Notes: a model not told the origin generated them from the letters alone. 53,250 bases of DNA from Clostridiales bacterium (GCA_024693345.1 JAILLB010000049.1:1-53250); one strand, 5' to 3'. Counted from the first letter of the stretch, positions 20,614 to 32,806 are shown. Made by a program: numbers and translations.

Positions 20614-22323
20614 TTAATCAAAGAATGGTTTATATGTAAATTCGTAATGTTCTTTTGCGTTTGAAGTTGAAAGCAATGCCACCGTGAAAGAGTCTCTGGC
20701 ATAAGGACCGGCACCGCGCATCGATCTTCCGAGGGATTTTTCAATGCCAGATCCTTTAATGGTAATGATTGGCCACCCGGGATGATATACTTCACCAGGG
20801 CCCTCAAGTTGCACGGCATATGTGCCTTTGTCAGCATAAATCATCGTGGATTTGTTTTTGTAAACTCCACCGGGGCTCATTACAAATTCAAATTTTAGTG
20901 GAATGTCCTCATCACCTTCTGTTTCGTAATCAATTGCGAAACCATTTTTGATGGGAGTGATTACAACCGTTCTGTTGAAATGTCTTTCATTTACAACTTT
21001 TCTCTTAGAGTGATCCATTTTCCACCAGTCGGAAGTCTCCGGTGGTGTATCGAACAGGCTCTTGTAACCTGCAGTATCATGTGCTGTCATTACAAATGAA
21101 CCATCTTCTCTCTGAGTAAGTGAATCTGCTCTGAATATGGAGTGTTCATCACCGAAGAATGCACCGGCAAATCTGCATTTGACTTCTGCATTTTTTGAAA
21201 AGTGGAAATTCAGGAAATTCTGATATGGCGACTGAACAAGTGTGAGACAGTCGCTCTTGTTCTTTCCATAGTAATATCTTGCCATTCCGGATTTGAGAAG
21301 CACGCTCTTATGTAAATCCGGTTTCTTTGTTTTTATTACTTTCTCAATTTTGTTGATTTCCTGATCCATCATTGTGAGAAAAATAACAAATGATCTGTCA
21401 CAGCGAGGTGGTATGTTTACCTGTTCCATCGCATTGAGTTTTCTCAAAAGATGATCGGCATACCAAGCGAGCTCGGGATCTTTTGAATAAATGGCAGCGG
21501 CATAATAGAACTGATAGTACTCTTCTATTGTGTGATAAGTGCCGTTATCTATTCTTGTGCTGGACATGGTGCAAACCGAATCATCAGCTTCGGTGAGACT
21601 GAACATAAGTTTCAGATTTCTGATGACAGGCTCAAGAAACTTTTTGTCCCCCGTCTGAAAATACAGGTAAATATATTCACGGTCACATATAAGGTTGTAG
21701 CATCCCGAGGATCTTTCGGTCCATTCGCCCTGATCAGAGCAGTCTATGCCTTCGGACAAGAAGCGATTCATCACTTCGAGTGACTCTTCATCTCCGAGGA
21801 ACTTATAACATGAACAAAGAGCTCCTGTAATTGCCCATCTGTGGTTTGGTGTGTGGAAACCGAGATGCTTTATAGCTTCGTTCATCTTTCTCAGAGTTGA
21901 AATCATTAAATCGAAAAGTTCATCTTCCTCTTTTGTGTGATTCGTATACTTTTCGATGATGTATAGAACTCTTGAAAAAAATGACGTGATTCCGAATCCC
22001 GTTGTGTTGGGACAGTGGAAGTTTGTGCTCTGAAGGTCTATTGACCCATCTTCATGAACATATCTCTCATCAAAGAATTTTGCATATGAAATACTTTTTT
22101 CAAGAAGCATTTTATCATGATAATGTTTGCTTCCTTTGAAGTAGTATCCCATCACATAGTTCATTACGGTAGCTATAATCTGATCAGCCGCGAACTGTGT
22201 ATCGAGATATACATAGATGCAAGTTCCATACAAATCTGCATTAGGGTCGTCAATTACATTCTTCAGCAGATAATCACAGGCGGAATTTATTGCTGCCAGT
22301 GTATATTTTGAGTGGTTTAACAT
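20614..22323 (-). CDS. Hypothetical protein, 569 aa
   Basis: Long ORF 10 bp downstream of pepC; GFHTPNHRW and TERSSGCYN segments; no assignable family. Confidence 0.8.
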   Translation of the reverse strand: MLNHSKYTLAAINSACDYLLKNVIDDPNADLYGTCIYVYLDTQFAADQIIATVMNYVMGYYFKGSKHYHDKMLLEKSISYAKFFDERYVHEDGSIDLQSTNFHCPNTTGFGITSFFSRVLYIIEKYTNHTKEEDELFDLMISTLRKMNEAIKHLGFHTPNHRWAITGALCSCYKFLGDEESLEVMNRFLSEGIDCSDQGEWTERSSGCYNLICDREYIYLYFQTGDKKFLEPVIRNLKLMFSLTEADDSVCTMSSTRIDNGTYHTIEEYYQFYYAAAIYSKDPELAWYADHLLRKLNAMEQVNIPPRCDRSFVIFLTMMDQEINKIEKVIKTKKPDLHKSVLLKSGMARYYYGKNKSDCLTLVQSPYQNFLNFHFSKNAEVKCRFAGAFFGDEHSIFRADSLTQREDGSFVMTAHDTAGYKSLFDTPPETSDWWKMDHSKRKVVNERHFNRTVVITPIKNGFAIDYETEGDEDIPLKFEFVMSPGGVYKNKSTMIYADKGTYAVQLEGPGEVYHPGWPIITIKGSGIEKSLGRSMRGAGPYARDSFTVALLSTSNAKEHYEFTYKPFFD

Positions 22324-22333
22324 TTTAACTGTC

Positions 22334-23668
22334 TCAGTCGGCTAAAGTACCCATCGGGTCCCAAGGCTTTAGATGGACTAACTCACTTTCATATATTTTT
22401 GCTTTTCCGCCAAGGTATTTTTTGTCAACAACTGCCTGATAGACATATAAATCAAACCAGCTGTCTGACATCATGTAATAACCGGAATTAACTCCGTCGC
22501 TTCCCCAGCTGTTTTCGATTTTCCAGCGTGTCGGGTTACCTTTTTCATCGAGGTGAACACCGGTAATACACATTGCATGGTTCATAGCACTTGCGTGATA
22601 ATCAAGGGCCTGAGCTTTTGTGAGTTTTGTATCAAGACCTGTTACTGAGTCATAGTCATACAATTTCTCATCCCAGAGATTCTTTTCCTGGCGTTCGCCG
22701 TATTTTCCGCAGTCACATCCGAACCAGACAATCTGATCATCCTTGAGTTGAGCTATTACTGCTTTCTTCATGTCTTCAATTCTGAGATTGAGATGGCGAA
22801 TCGGGTTTCCTCCGACAACATTGCCTAATCTGTCAATTGTGTATACTTTATCATAAGGCTTATCATTAGTCGGTCCGTTGATTACTGAACCGAACTGATT
22901 GAGGTAATTGCCGAAATACTTTTCATAGAATGAAAGAGGAGTATAGTCTTTTTCAATGAAATACTTGCCGTCTTTATCTTTGTATTCAAAGTCGAATTTC
23001 TTCGGAGGAATTCCATAGCATTCAGTCAGGAAAACATAAATTGATGACATCAATTCTTCCTTTTTGTCTTCAAGCTGTTCTTTTGTTTTTCCCTTAGCAT
23101 ACATGTCTCTCAACACTGCCGCGCCTTTTCTTAGAGATGCAACAATCTGACCATTAAGAGAACCGGTTGAAGAAGACTGTGCTGTTTCCGGATAAGCAGA
23201 TTTAGGTACGATGCCGTATTTATTTGCTATGTTTACGAACATATCCCACTGACCGCCATCAGATACTCCTTCACTCATTATGAAGGATACGACTCTGTCG
23301 TCTATATCAAGATCTGCCGTATCAATAACGTTTTCATAGAACCAGTTGCACTTTTCAAGCTTGTCCCAGAAAGCAAGCCAGCTCTGAGAAAATTCAAATT
23401 CAGTGATGTTCTTTTCTTTCCCGAATTTTTCTCTCATGAGATTTGTTGCTGCAAAGAGCCAGCAACGTCCCGAACTCTTCTGGTTTGCACATTTCATTGT
23501 TTTAACTTCGACATTGAACAAAAACTGTTGTTCTGTCATTTCATCTCCTACCATTGCCAGGTTTGGCAGGGTGGATTTATAAAGTGCATTGCGCACAAGT
23601 TTTGCGTTTGGAGTGTTTTTAAGGTTTGATTCAAAACTATTTAATACTTTTTTAGATATGCTTTTCAT
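22334..23668 (-). CDS. pepC: Aminopeptidase C (bleomycin hydrolase, C1B)
   Basis: QKSSGRCWLFA, NHAM, WKIENSWG, C-terminal PWDPMGTLA. Confidence 0.96.
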   Translation of the reverse strand: MKSISKKVLNSFESNLKNTPNAKLVRNALYKSTLPNLAMVGDEMTEQQFLFNVEVKTMKCANQKSSGRCWLFAATNLMREKFGKEKNITEFEFSQSWLAFWDKLEKCNWFYENVIDTADLDIDDRVVSFIMSEGVSDGGQWDMFVNIANKYGIVPKSAYPETAQSSSTGSLNGQIVASLRKGAAVLRDMYAKGKTKEQLEDKKEELMSSIYVFLTECYGIPPKKFDFEYKDKDGKYFIEKDYTPLSFYEKYFGNYLNQFGSVINGPTNDKPYDKVYTIDRLGNVVGGNPIRHLNLRIEDMKKAVIAQLKDDQIVWFGCDCGKYGERQEKNLWDEKLYDYDSVTGLDTKLTKAQALDYHASAMNHAMCITGVHLDEKGNPTRWKIENSWGSDGVNSGYYMMSDSWFDLYVYQAVVDKKYLGGKAKIYESELVHLKPWDPMGTLAD

Positions 23669-23853
23669 GACAGCCTCCTATTTTTCGGATATATTATGAT
23701 TTGGAAATGGAGAAATGTCAACATCAAATACTTGTTTAACTTGAGTGCATGTGTATATTTTTGTGATTATTGACCAAATGAAGTATAAAATTGTTCATTT
23801 TTTTTATTGTTTAATTGTGCAATTTTATATATAATATTTTCGTTAGAGACTAG

Positions 23854-25230
<1,377 letters not shown>

Positions 25231-25242
25231 GAGGTTATTTTA

Positions 25243-25824
25243 ATGGATGTAATTGAAAGGGCTGTTGAATTTGCTTGCAAAGCACATCATGGCGGAAAGA
25301 GAAAAACAAGGGATATTCCAAGTGTTCTTCACTCCCTTGAGGCAGGTATAATTGCAATCAGAATTACAGATGATCACAATACGATTGCGGCGTGCATTCT
25401 CCACGATGTGGTAGAGGATACTCCGTATTCGCTGGACGATATTCGTAAAGAATTTGGAGACAGAATTGCTTTTCTTGTGGATTCCGAAACCGAAGACAAG
25501 CATCCGGAACGTCCCAAGGAAGAGACATGGCTGGAACGTAAAAAGCAGTTAATATCTAAAATTGAGAGTACGGATGACAGAGAAGTCCATATTTTGTGGC
25601 TCGCAGATAAGTTGTCCAATATGAGAGACTTTTATAGGTTGTATTTACTTGAAGGCGATAAGATGTGGGAACACTTCAACATGAAAGATCCGGATGTTCA
25701 ATATGCATACTACAAGCGTGTGTTAGAATGCCTTTCGGATTTGAAAGACCTTCCCGCATACATGGAACTTGAACAATATATAGGACTTATATTCAGAAAA
25801 GGAGATTCAAAATGGGTGAAATAA
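25243..25824 (+). CDS. HD-domain protein, RelA/SpoT small alarmone hydrolase-like
   Basis: AxxAH, LHDVVEDT, LADKLSN. Confidence 0.85.
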   Translation: MDVIERAVEFACKAHHGGKRKTRDIPSVLHSLEAGIIAIRITDDHNTIAACILHDVVEDTPYSLDDIRKEFGDRIAFLVDSETEDKHPERPKEETWLERKKQLISKIESTDDREVHILWLADKLSNMRDFYRLYLLEGDKMWEHFNMKDPDVQYAYYKRVLECLSDLKDLPAYMELEQYIGLIFRKGDSKWVK

Positions 25825-26972
25825 GCAGCAAAGTTGAAAACAATAAACTCGTAATATTCTTAGAGGGAAGAGTTGATACAAACAATGCCGCTGAGGTGGA
25901 AGAAAAAATCAATTCAATTATAAGTAAAAAAAGTGGACATGAACTCGTTTTGGATGCTGCAAAACTCGACTACATTTCAAGTGCAGGTTTGAGAGTGGTA
26001 CTTAGATTGAGAAAAATACATCCGGAAATCATGGTTATAAATGTATCATCTGAAGTATACGATATATTTGACATGACCGGATTTACAGAGATGCTGAAAG
26101 TTGAAAAAGCTTTCAAGTCAATCAGTATCGAAGGATGTGACGTAATAGGTCAGGGATCCAATGGAATTGTCTACAGAACAGACCCTGAAACAATAGTAAA
26201 GGTATATAAGTACCCAGATGCTCTCGACGACATCAGACACGAGAGAGAAGTGGCAAGACGTGCACTGATTTTAGGTATTCCCACCGCTATTTCGTACGAT
26301 ATTGTTAAAGTCGGAGACAAATATGGTTCAGTATTTGAACTTCTCAATGCAAAGTCATTTACCGAACTCATAATTGAAAATCCGGATGATTTGGACAAAT
26401 ATGTCACAATATATGTTGATGTACTGAAAAGAATCCATGCGACTGAAGCATCGGAAAGTGACTTTCCGGATATAAAGAAGACTGCTCTAAAGTGGGTCAG
26501 CGATATTGAAAATGAACTGCCTGAAGAAATGATAACCAAGCTCCGCAAGATGATAAATGAAATACCATTTTCAAATACACTTGTCCACGGAGATTATCAC
26601 ACAAACAATCTCATGATGCAGGGTGACGAAGCTTTGATGATAGATATGGATACACTGTCATTGGGAAATCCGGTGTTTGATTTTGCATCTATTTACTCTG
26701 CTTATTCAGCTTTCAGCGAGGTTGATCATACAGTAATTGAAAAATTCCTTGGCATTTCTTTTGAAACAGGGTTAAAAATACTGAACAAAACATTTGAATT
26801 GTACTTCGACCCGGATGTCCGTGAAATCAACTTATCCAAAGCAAAAGTTATAAGCTACATGAGACTTCTCAGGAGGACGATCAAGAGATTCCCAGATGAC
26901 ACTGCCATGGTTAATCACTGCAAGGAAATGCTTATGGAACTTGTTCCAAATGTACACAACTTGTATTATTGA
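25812..26972 (+). CDS. STAS (anti-anti-sigma) domain fused to an APH/choline-kinase-like phosphotransferase
   Basis: N-terminal DYISSAGLR; IGQGSNGIVY, IVKVY, HGDYHTNN, IDMD. Confidence 0.88.
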   Translation: MGEISSKVENNKLVIFLEGRVDTNNAAEVEEKINSIISKKSGHELVLDAAKLDYISSAGLRVVLRLRKIHPEIMVINVSSEVYDIFDMTGFTEMLKVEKAFKSISIEGCDVIGQGSNGIVYRTDPETIVKVYKYPDALDDIRHEREVARRALILGIPTAISYDIVKVGDKYGSVFELLNAKSFTELIIENPDDLDKYVTIYVDVLKRIHATEASESDFPDIKKTALKWVSDIENELPEEMITKLRKMINEIPFSNTLVHGDYHTNNLMMQGDEALMIDMDTLSLGNPVFDFASIYSAYSAFSEVDHTVIEKFLGISFETGLKILNKTFELYFDPDVREINLSKAKVISYMRLLRRTIKRFPDDTAMVNHCKEMLMELVPNVHNLYY

Positions 26973-26987
26973 TTTTGAATGTAATAT

Positions 26988-27019
26988 TTTGCCCGGCTAT
27001 TCAAAAGTCGGGCAAATTT
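26988..27019 (+). terminator. Hairpin after the kinase gene
   Basis: TTTGCCCGGCT/AGTCGGGCAAA stem followed by TTT. Confidence 0.6.
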
Positions 27020-27064
27020 GTGATATAATATATTTGACAACCAAAACGATGAAGGGACATTGAT

Positions 27065-30016
27065 ATGAAAAAGATTTTATCACTTATTTTGGTTTTGACA
27101 ATGATTATTGTTCTTGTCGCTTGCAATGCAAACACAGACAAAAAAACAACAAGTGCCGACACAACTGTTGAAACAACAGAAAAGCCTGGCACCGAAACAA
27201 CAGTTGAAACTACTACTGCTGACACAACAGAAACGACAGAAGAAGAGACAACAACTGTTGAAGAAACCACCACCAATGAAGATCCTGAACCATTTAAAAC
27301 TTCCATTAAGATTCTTGCTATCGGAAACAGCTTTTCTGTAGACAGCATGGAATATCTTTACGGTATTCTCAAGGATCTCGGATATACAGACATTGTTCTT
27401 GCCAATCTTTATGTTGGCGGTTGTTCGCTTCAACAACATGCTGATTACATTGCAAAGTCTGCAAAACTGTCTCCTTATACATATTACAAAAACACATCTG
27501 GAACATGGACTACCAGAAATACAACCAAGATTACCGATGTGATCGATGAGTACGATTGGGATTATGTTTCACTCCAGCAGGTGAGCGGAAACAGCGGGTT
27601 GCCGGACACATTCGAACCATATTTGACACAGATTATTGAATTTGTTCACGAAAACTGTCCGAATACTGAATTGTTCTGGAATATGACATGGGCATATCCT
27701 GAAGGTTCTGATTATTCAAGTTTCAAGAACTACAACTATGATCAGGCAAGAATGTACAATGCAATTATTGAGACAACAAAGTCTCAGATTGTTCCGAGAG
27801 AAGACTTTTCATTTGTTATTCCGACCGGAACTGCAGTCCAGAATGCCAGAACAAGTTTCCTCACGGAAGGACAACTTCACAGAGACAATCTTCACTTGTC
27901 AAATGACATAGGAAGGTTCCTTGCTTCAATGATGTGGGCAAGACAGATAACAGGAAGAAGTGTTGCAAATGTCACATACAATCCAGCTTCGAAAGTTATC
28001 AACGAACAGATAATGAACGTAATCAAAGAATCAGTTGAAAATGCTTTCAACAATCCATTTGAGGTAACCGAATCTGAGTTTACTGAATATAATTCAGTAT
28101 CTACTGATGAAATACTTTCTTCTTACGGAATAGATCCTGCCAAATACTCAAAACTTAATTACACTCTGACAAGTTTTGCATATTGGAATTCAAATACATC
28201 TACAGAACTTATATGTGCTGAAAATGGCAGCACAGCAACAAATCTCAATCAATATGCTGCCACTCAGTTGTTTGACAAAACCCAGATACCCGTAGGCTCG
28301 ATTATAGTCATAGTTGAAGGATACAAATATAGACCAGATGCTTTTGTTGAACAGGATGGAACACTTCTCAAAAACGGAAACGGAACCGGAAAAAGTGGTT
28401 ATACAAGACAGGAAATGGTATCCGATGATGCTGTTGTCGTAACAGATGAATGGTGGGCAAACTGGTCAGTTGTCGGATTTAATATCAATCTGTACAACAA
28501 TATCGCACTCAAAGAATCGGTGATCCAATCGTTCTATAAGAAATTTACCATCTATGTTCCGAATGACCCTAATGAACCAATCCCGGTTTTGAACAAAGAA
28601 ACCAATGAGGAGAAATTAGATAAACTTCTCAGAGATAATGGGTTCAATCCATCCGAATATTCGGTTTTGAAGTTTGATTTAACTACATACGCATATTATA
28701 ATTCAACTCAGAATTCAAACCTTGTAAGCAAGGCAGGCGGAAGCACTGCAAGCAACATTAACCAGTTTGCAGCAACAAAGATTTTCACCAAAGACGAGAT
28801 ACCTAATGGTTCACTTGTGGTTATCTTTGACGAATATCAGTACAGACCTGAAGGCTGGGTTGATCTCAGCACCAAAAATGCAGGCTCTGCAAGACCAGGC
28901 AACGTTGTCACTAGCGTAGGCGGAATAGTGACTGTTGTCAACGATGAATGGTGGGGCAAATGGAACTACAGAGCATTTAACATTGCTAAAGCAGGCAACC
29001 CCGGACTGGCAGATGATGAAATGAAGGCACTGCAAAATCAATTCTTCATTCTTGTTCCAAAGGGAACAGTTTCCAATGCATTGCTTCATCAAGCACTCAA
29101 TGATAAGGGATATAACCTTGAAAACTATACACTCTTCAATTTGAAGATTACTTACTATGCGTACTATAATTCCACTGCGAACTCAAACTTGGTAAGCAAG
29201 GAAAATGGAAGTACTGCAAGTAATATAAACCAGTTTGCAGCAACACAGATTATTTCCAAAAATGAATTGCCTGACGGTTCACTCATTGTAGTATTTGACG
29301 GATATCAATACAGACCTGAAGGCTGGACATCACTGAGTTCCAAGAACAGTAGCTCATCTAGACCAGCAAATGTAATTACAAGCGGCGATCCTGAAATCAG
29401 AGAGGTCAACAGCGAATGGTGGGGATCGTGGAATTTTAGAGCATTTAACATCGCAAGAGCCGGAAATCCGGGACTGGGTGATGACGAAATGAAAAAACTT
29501 TCAAGTGTATTCTTTATCTTGGTTCCGAAAGATGCCATCGAAGAACCTACAATTGATAAATCACTTGCGAAAGTATTAAGTGACAATGGAATAGATGCTT
29601 CACAGTACACCGTTCAGAATTTGATGTGGACATACTATGCATATTACAATTCAACATCTAATTCACAATTAGTAAGCAAAGAAGGTGGCAGTACTGCGAC
29701 AAATCTAAACCAATTTGCAGCTACTCAGCAGTTTTCTGAATCAGATCTCCCAAAAGGAACACTGATTATTGTCCTCAAGGGATATCAGTATAGGCCGGAA
29801 GGATGGGAGACGCTATCCACCAAGAATACTTCAACAACCCGTCCGGGTAACGTTATTGCATCAACTGGTGTATCAATAACTAAAGTTGATTCGAAGTGGT
29901 GGAGTTCATGGACAGTACGGGCATTCAACGTTGCAAAAGCAGGCAATCCCGCATTGAGCGATGATGAAATGCATCAATTGTCAAATGTGTTCTTCATTTT
30001 GATTCCGAAAAAGTAA
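27065..30016 (+). CDS. Lipoprotein: T/E linker, SGNH (DUF4886-like) domain, four ~160-aa repeats
   Basis: Lipobox VLVAC; IGNSFS, QQVSG, RDNLH; repeated YAYYNST...YRPEGW...WWG.W..RAFN...FFILVPK. Confidence 0.85.
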   Translation: MKKILSLILVLTMIIVLVACNANTDKKTTSADTTVETTEKPGTETTVETTTADTTETTEEETTTVEETTTNEDPEPFKTSIKILAIGNSFSVDSMEYLYGILKDLGYTDIVLANLYVGGCSLQQHADYIAKSAKLSPYTYYKNTSGTWTTRNTTKITDVIDEYDWDYVSLQQVSGNSGLPDTFEPYLTQIIEFVHENCPNTELFWNMTWAYPEGSDYSSFKNYNYDQARMYNAIIETTKSQIVPREDFSFVIPTGTAVQNARTSFLTEGQLHRDNLHLSNDIGRFLASMMWARQITGRSVANVTYNPASKVINEQIMNVIKESVENAFNNPFEVTESEFTEYNSVSTDEILSSYGIDPAKYSKLNYTLTSFAYWNSNTSTELICAENGSTATNLNQYAATQLFDKTQIPVGSIIVIVEGYKYRPDAFVEQDGTLLKNGNGTGKSGYTRQEMVSDDAVVVTDEWWANWSVVGFNINLYNNIALKESVIQSFYKKFTIYVPNDPNEPIPVLNKETNEEKLDKLLRDNGFNPSEYSVLKFDLTTYAYYNSTQNSNLVSKAGGSTASNINQFAATKIFTKDEIPNGSLVVIFDEYQYRPEGWVDLSTKNAGSARPGNVVTSVGGIVTVVNDEWWGKWNYRAFNIAKAGNPGLADDEMKALQNQFFILVPKGTVSNALLHQALNDKGYNLENYTLFNLKITYYAYYNSTANSNLVSKENGSTASNINQFAATQIISKNELPDGSLIVVFDGYQYRPEGWTSLSSKNSSSSRPANVITSGDPEIREVNSEWWGSWNFRAFNIARAGNPGLGDDEMKKLSSVFFILVPKDAIEEPTIDKSLAKVLSDNGIDASQYTVQNLMWTYYAYYNSTSNSQLVSKEGGSTATNLNQFAATQQFSESDLPKGTLIIVLKGYQYRPEGWETLSTKNTSTTRPGNVIASTGVSITKVDSKWWSSWTVRAFNVAKAGNPALSDDEMHQLSNVFFILIPKK
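28100..30013 (+). repeat. Four tandem intragenic domain repeats (about 470-510 bp period)
   Basis: AY(Y/W)NS blocks start near 28169, 28682, 29149 and 29629; boundaries approximate. Confidence 0.85.
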
Positions 30017-30028
30017 TCTGATGACATA

Positions 30029-30070
30029 AAAAACCAGGAAGAGAACTGAAATCCCTTCCTGGTATTTTTT
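30029..30070. terminator. Bidirectional terminator
   Basis: AAAAA-CCAGGAAG...CTTCCTGG-TATTTTTT between convergent genes. Confidence 0.7.
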
Positions 30071-31464
30071 CAATTTTCATCTGGTTGAGTTTTTTTCTTT
30101 TTCGACGATACAACTAAAAAGACGGTATATGCAATGAACAGAACAAAGAATACACCCATCGAAATAAGGCATCCTGTCAAGCTTCTTGCACTCATGTTAA
30201 GCATCAGCAAAAGAGGTGCCACTGCTACCATTGCCGGAAACTGAGAAACGATGAAAATTGAACTTGTCGGAGTTTCAAAATTCGGATCGATTTCTCTCAA
30301 CAGAATCATTCCGTTTGAGGCTGTTCCTGTCAGTGTTCCGAAGTTTATCAAGAATGTTTCGTGCTCGATTTCCTTAAAACAGCATTTACATATGAGTCGC
30401 ACGTAAATGGTGGTGAATATCGCACCTGCGATTGACAGAACAACTATAGGCCATGCATATTTTGCCACTATATTAAAGTCTATTGCTGCAACTCCTGCAA
30501 TTATCATCATATCAAACGAAAAACCGGATATACGATCCATCTGATAGTTGTTTATGTATCTGCTCTTAATAACTTTTTTGTTTTCGAGTGCCTTGATGAC
30601 AACTTTGATTAGTGTGGCAGTTATAACGCCCCATATGAAATTGAAGCCCCAAGCTACATCATTGAAAAGTTTGATTCCCGTTACATCACTGAGTTTTGCA
30701 AAGAGAAACATAATAACAAATGATAATCCGTAAGACAGAGTACAAAGAGCAATTTGAATTGATGTTTTGTCGACGGATTCACAGTCTTCAATCTCATTTT
30801 TCTCTTCAAAGTGTTCGACTTTTCTTTCTAAGGTTGCAGTTCTTTCTGCTATTTTGCCTTTCTTTTTGAAAATGTTTATGTAAGTGACACCCACAACAGA
30901 AGCTACTATAAAACCAATTGATGCTATAGTGAGTCCAAAACTGCCATTTCCATCAAAGCCGTATTCACCGAAGTTTATATCCCAAGTTAGAGCGTTGCCA
31001 GGTCCTTGTCCAAAACCAAGTGGCAAAATGACACCTGCAGCATAAAACAGGGAAGATCCAGCGTAATAAAACACAAGGGAAATTGCTATTCCGACAACCG
31101 CCTGAAGCATATATGTTCCGCCTGTCAAAAGACCGTTCTGCAATGCTTTGCGCCCAATTTTTGTATTCTTATCTTTTTCAATTGTCTTCATTGTCATTGC
31201 AATGAAACCGACTCCAAGAGCATGATAAGTGATAATCTGCATTATTCTTGCATCAATGATGGAAACGCCTGCAGTTTTTTCAACTATCAAGTTAACCAAA
31301 AACAACAGAAGTCCGCCTATAAGTGCGCTCGGAATAAAAGCTTTTTTTAATAATGGTATGGTTCTTCTTAGAGCATTTCCTACAAGTAGAGCTATAAGTA
31401 ACAAACCAACGTTTATTACAACACTCCAGACACTATCAAATTGAGTTAAATCAAATCTCCACAT
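30070..31464 (-). CDS. Sodium:glutamate symporter (GltS/ESS)-like transporter
   Basis: FIPSALIGG, GFGQGPG, FGTLTGT, LLREIDP; many TM helices. Confidence 0.75.
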   Translation of the reverse strand: MWRFDLTQFDSVWSVVINVGLLLIALLVGNALRRTIPLLKKAFIPSALIGGLLLFLVNLIVEKTAGVSIIDARIMQIITYHALGVGFIAMTMKTIEKDKNTKIGRKALQNGLLTGGTYMLQAVVGIAISLVFYYAGSSLFYAAGVILPLGFGQGPGNALTWDINFGEYGFDGNGSFGLTIASIGFIVASVVGVTYINIFKKKGKIAERTATLERKVEHFEEKNEIEDCESVDKTSIQIALCTLSYGLSFVIMFLFAKLSDVTGIKLFNDVAWGFNFIWGVITATLIKVVIKALENKKVIKSRYINNYQMDRISGFSFDMMIIAGVAAIDFNIVAKYAWPIVVLSIAGAIFTTIYVRLICKCCFKEIEHETFLINFGTLTGTASNGMILLREIDPNFETPTSSIFIVSQFPAMVAVAPLLLMLNMSARSLTGCLISMGVFFVLFIAYTVFLVVSSKKKKTQPDEN

Positions 31465-31470
31465 TAACAG

Positions 31471-32670
31471 TTAACTCCATATATCGTAATATTTGTCGAT
31501 ACCGGTCCTTTGCATTTCGGTGTCAAGTTTGTGAAATGCAAATATGTATTTAATCGGATTGAATCGTTTTCCACCGCGAAGTGTGTAATCATTATCGTTA
31601 TACTGGAAAACGAGATTTCTGCCCGAAACAATCGAGGCTGAGGTTATTTTATTCACATCAAATGATTGGTTGCCGCACTGCAAGACAGAGTCTGTCAAAG
31701 ACAACTCACCTTTGCAGATTTCTGTTTTCTCGTTGAATGGTTTAGAGTCGAAGAGTTTGACATTTTCATCATGGAATATTACTTTACCAGGCACAACCGC
31801 CATTTCTCTAACCGCTTTTTTCTGGTATTCCCAGAAATCTATCAGCTTGTTAATTCCATCGATGCCGTGAATCATCAAATCTTCACCGAATTCTGCGCTC
31901 ATATTACATGAATTGCAGTAAAAATGAGAACCTTTGGAATAAATTGTTTCAAATTTCCCGCATTTTGGACAGCAAAACAGCATTCGTTCAATATATTCTG
32001 CTCTTTTGCTGCTCTTGTATTTGTTTCCGCTCTCGCTGTCAAAAACACGCAAATTTTCAGTTATGACTGAAAGTATGTCTTCATCTTTCATATGACTGTA
32101 TTGGTCATGCGAAAGAACATACTGGATGTTTCCGTAAAAAGGCCCATGTCTTTTTTTGTTTTTGAATCTTGGACTTACGCCTGAACCTCCGTGCATATTG
32201 AAGATAACAATTGTTGCATTAGTCCTTTTTAATAACAATGGAAAATCAGGTGTTATGTAGTATTGAAATTCAGCATAGTATCTGTTTCCTTCCGGGAAGA
32301 GAAGGACAGATTTGCCATCATTCAAATACTGTATCATCCGCATTACTGCCCGGAAATCAGGCTTTCCTTTGCTTTTGGGTATAACTGAGCAATATGTAAA
32401 CAATTTGTATAAAAACTTTCCCGAGAATATGTTGTCAGTTGCAACCGGGTAAACTGGTTTGTCAAATGCAGTGATAATGCAAATTGGATCTTCATCGGTT
32501 TGATGATTACTTAATACCAGTACAGACTCACCTTTTTTGATTTTATATTTGTCTTTACAGCGATACCCGAGGAAGATTCGAGTATACAGAAAAGAAAAGA
32601 AGCGAACTATTGGAAGCAAAATCTTATGAGACTGTTTAGCATACTTGCTTAAATTTATGTTTTTGTCCAT
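31471..32670 (-). CDS. Lysophospholipid acyltransferase (PlsC-like) with Zn-ribbon extension
   Basis: NHQTDED, FPEG, CPKC..CNSC; start reset to MDKNIN after AAGGAAGG because the longer ORF start lies inside a terminator. Confidence 0.85.
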   Translation of the reverse strand: MDKNINLSKYAKQSHKILLPIVRFFSFLYTRIFLGYRCKDKYKIKKGESVLVLSNHQTDEDPICIITAFDKPVYPVATDNIFSGKFLYKLFTYCSVIPKSKGKPDFRAVMRMIQYLNDGKSVLLFPEGNRYYAEFQYYITPDFPLLLKRTNATIVIFNMHGGSGVSPRFKNKKRHGPFYGNIQYVLSHDQYSHMKDEDILSVITENLRVFDSESGNKYKSSKRAEYIERMLFCCPKCGKFETIYSKGSHFYCNSCNMSAEFGEDLMIHGIDGINKLIDFWEYQKKAVREMAVVPGKVIFHDENVKLFDSKPFNEKTEICKGELSLTDSVLQCGNQSFDVNKITSASIVSGRNLVFQYNDNDYTLRGGKRFNPIKYIFAFHKLDTEMQRTGIDKYYDIWS

Positions 32671-32754
32671 GTGCTTCCTTCCTTTCTCTTTTTTAGCTAG
32701 ATAAAATAACTTTACCATATGAATGGGTCGAATTTCAAGTAAGCCAGGATAGTC

Positions 32755-32790
32755 AAAAAACCTCTTCTGTCGCATTGACAGAAGAGGCTT
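32755..32790 (-). terminator. Terminator after the PP2C gene
   Basis: CCTCTTCTGTC/GACAGAAGAGG stem with A6 on the left. Confidence 0.8.
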
Positions 32791-32806
32791 TGATTATGAA
32801 TTTTGG

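Noticed and set aside
23755-23830. TTGTG-type palindromes upstream of gdhA (and near 42054)
   Set aside because: Too degenerate in AT-rich DNA to assign to a regulator.
27137-27280. ACA/GAA-rich low-complexity repeats
   Set aside because: They encode the Thr/Glu linker of the lipoprotein.
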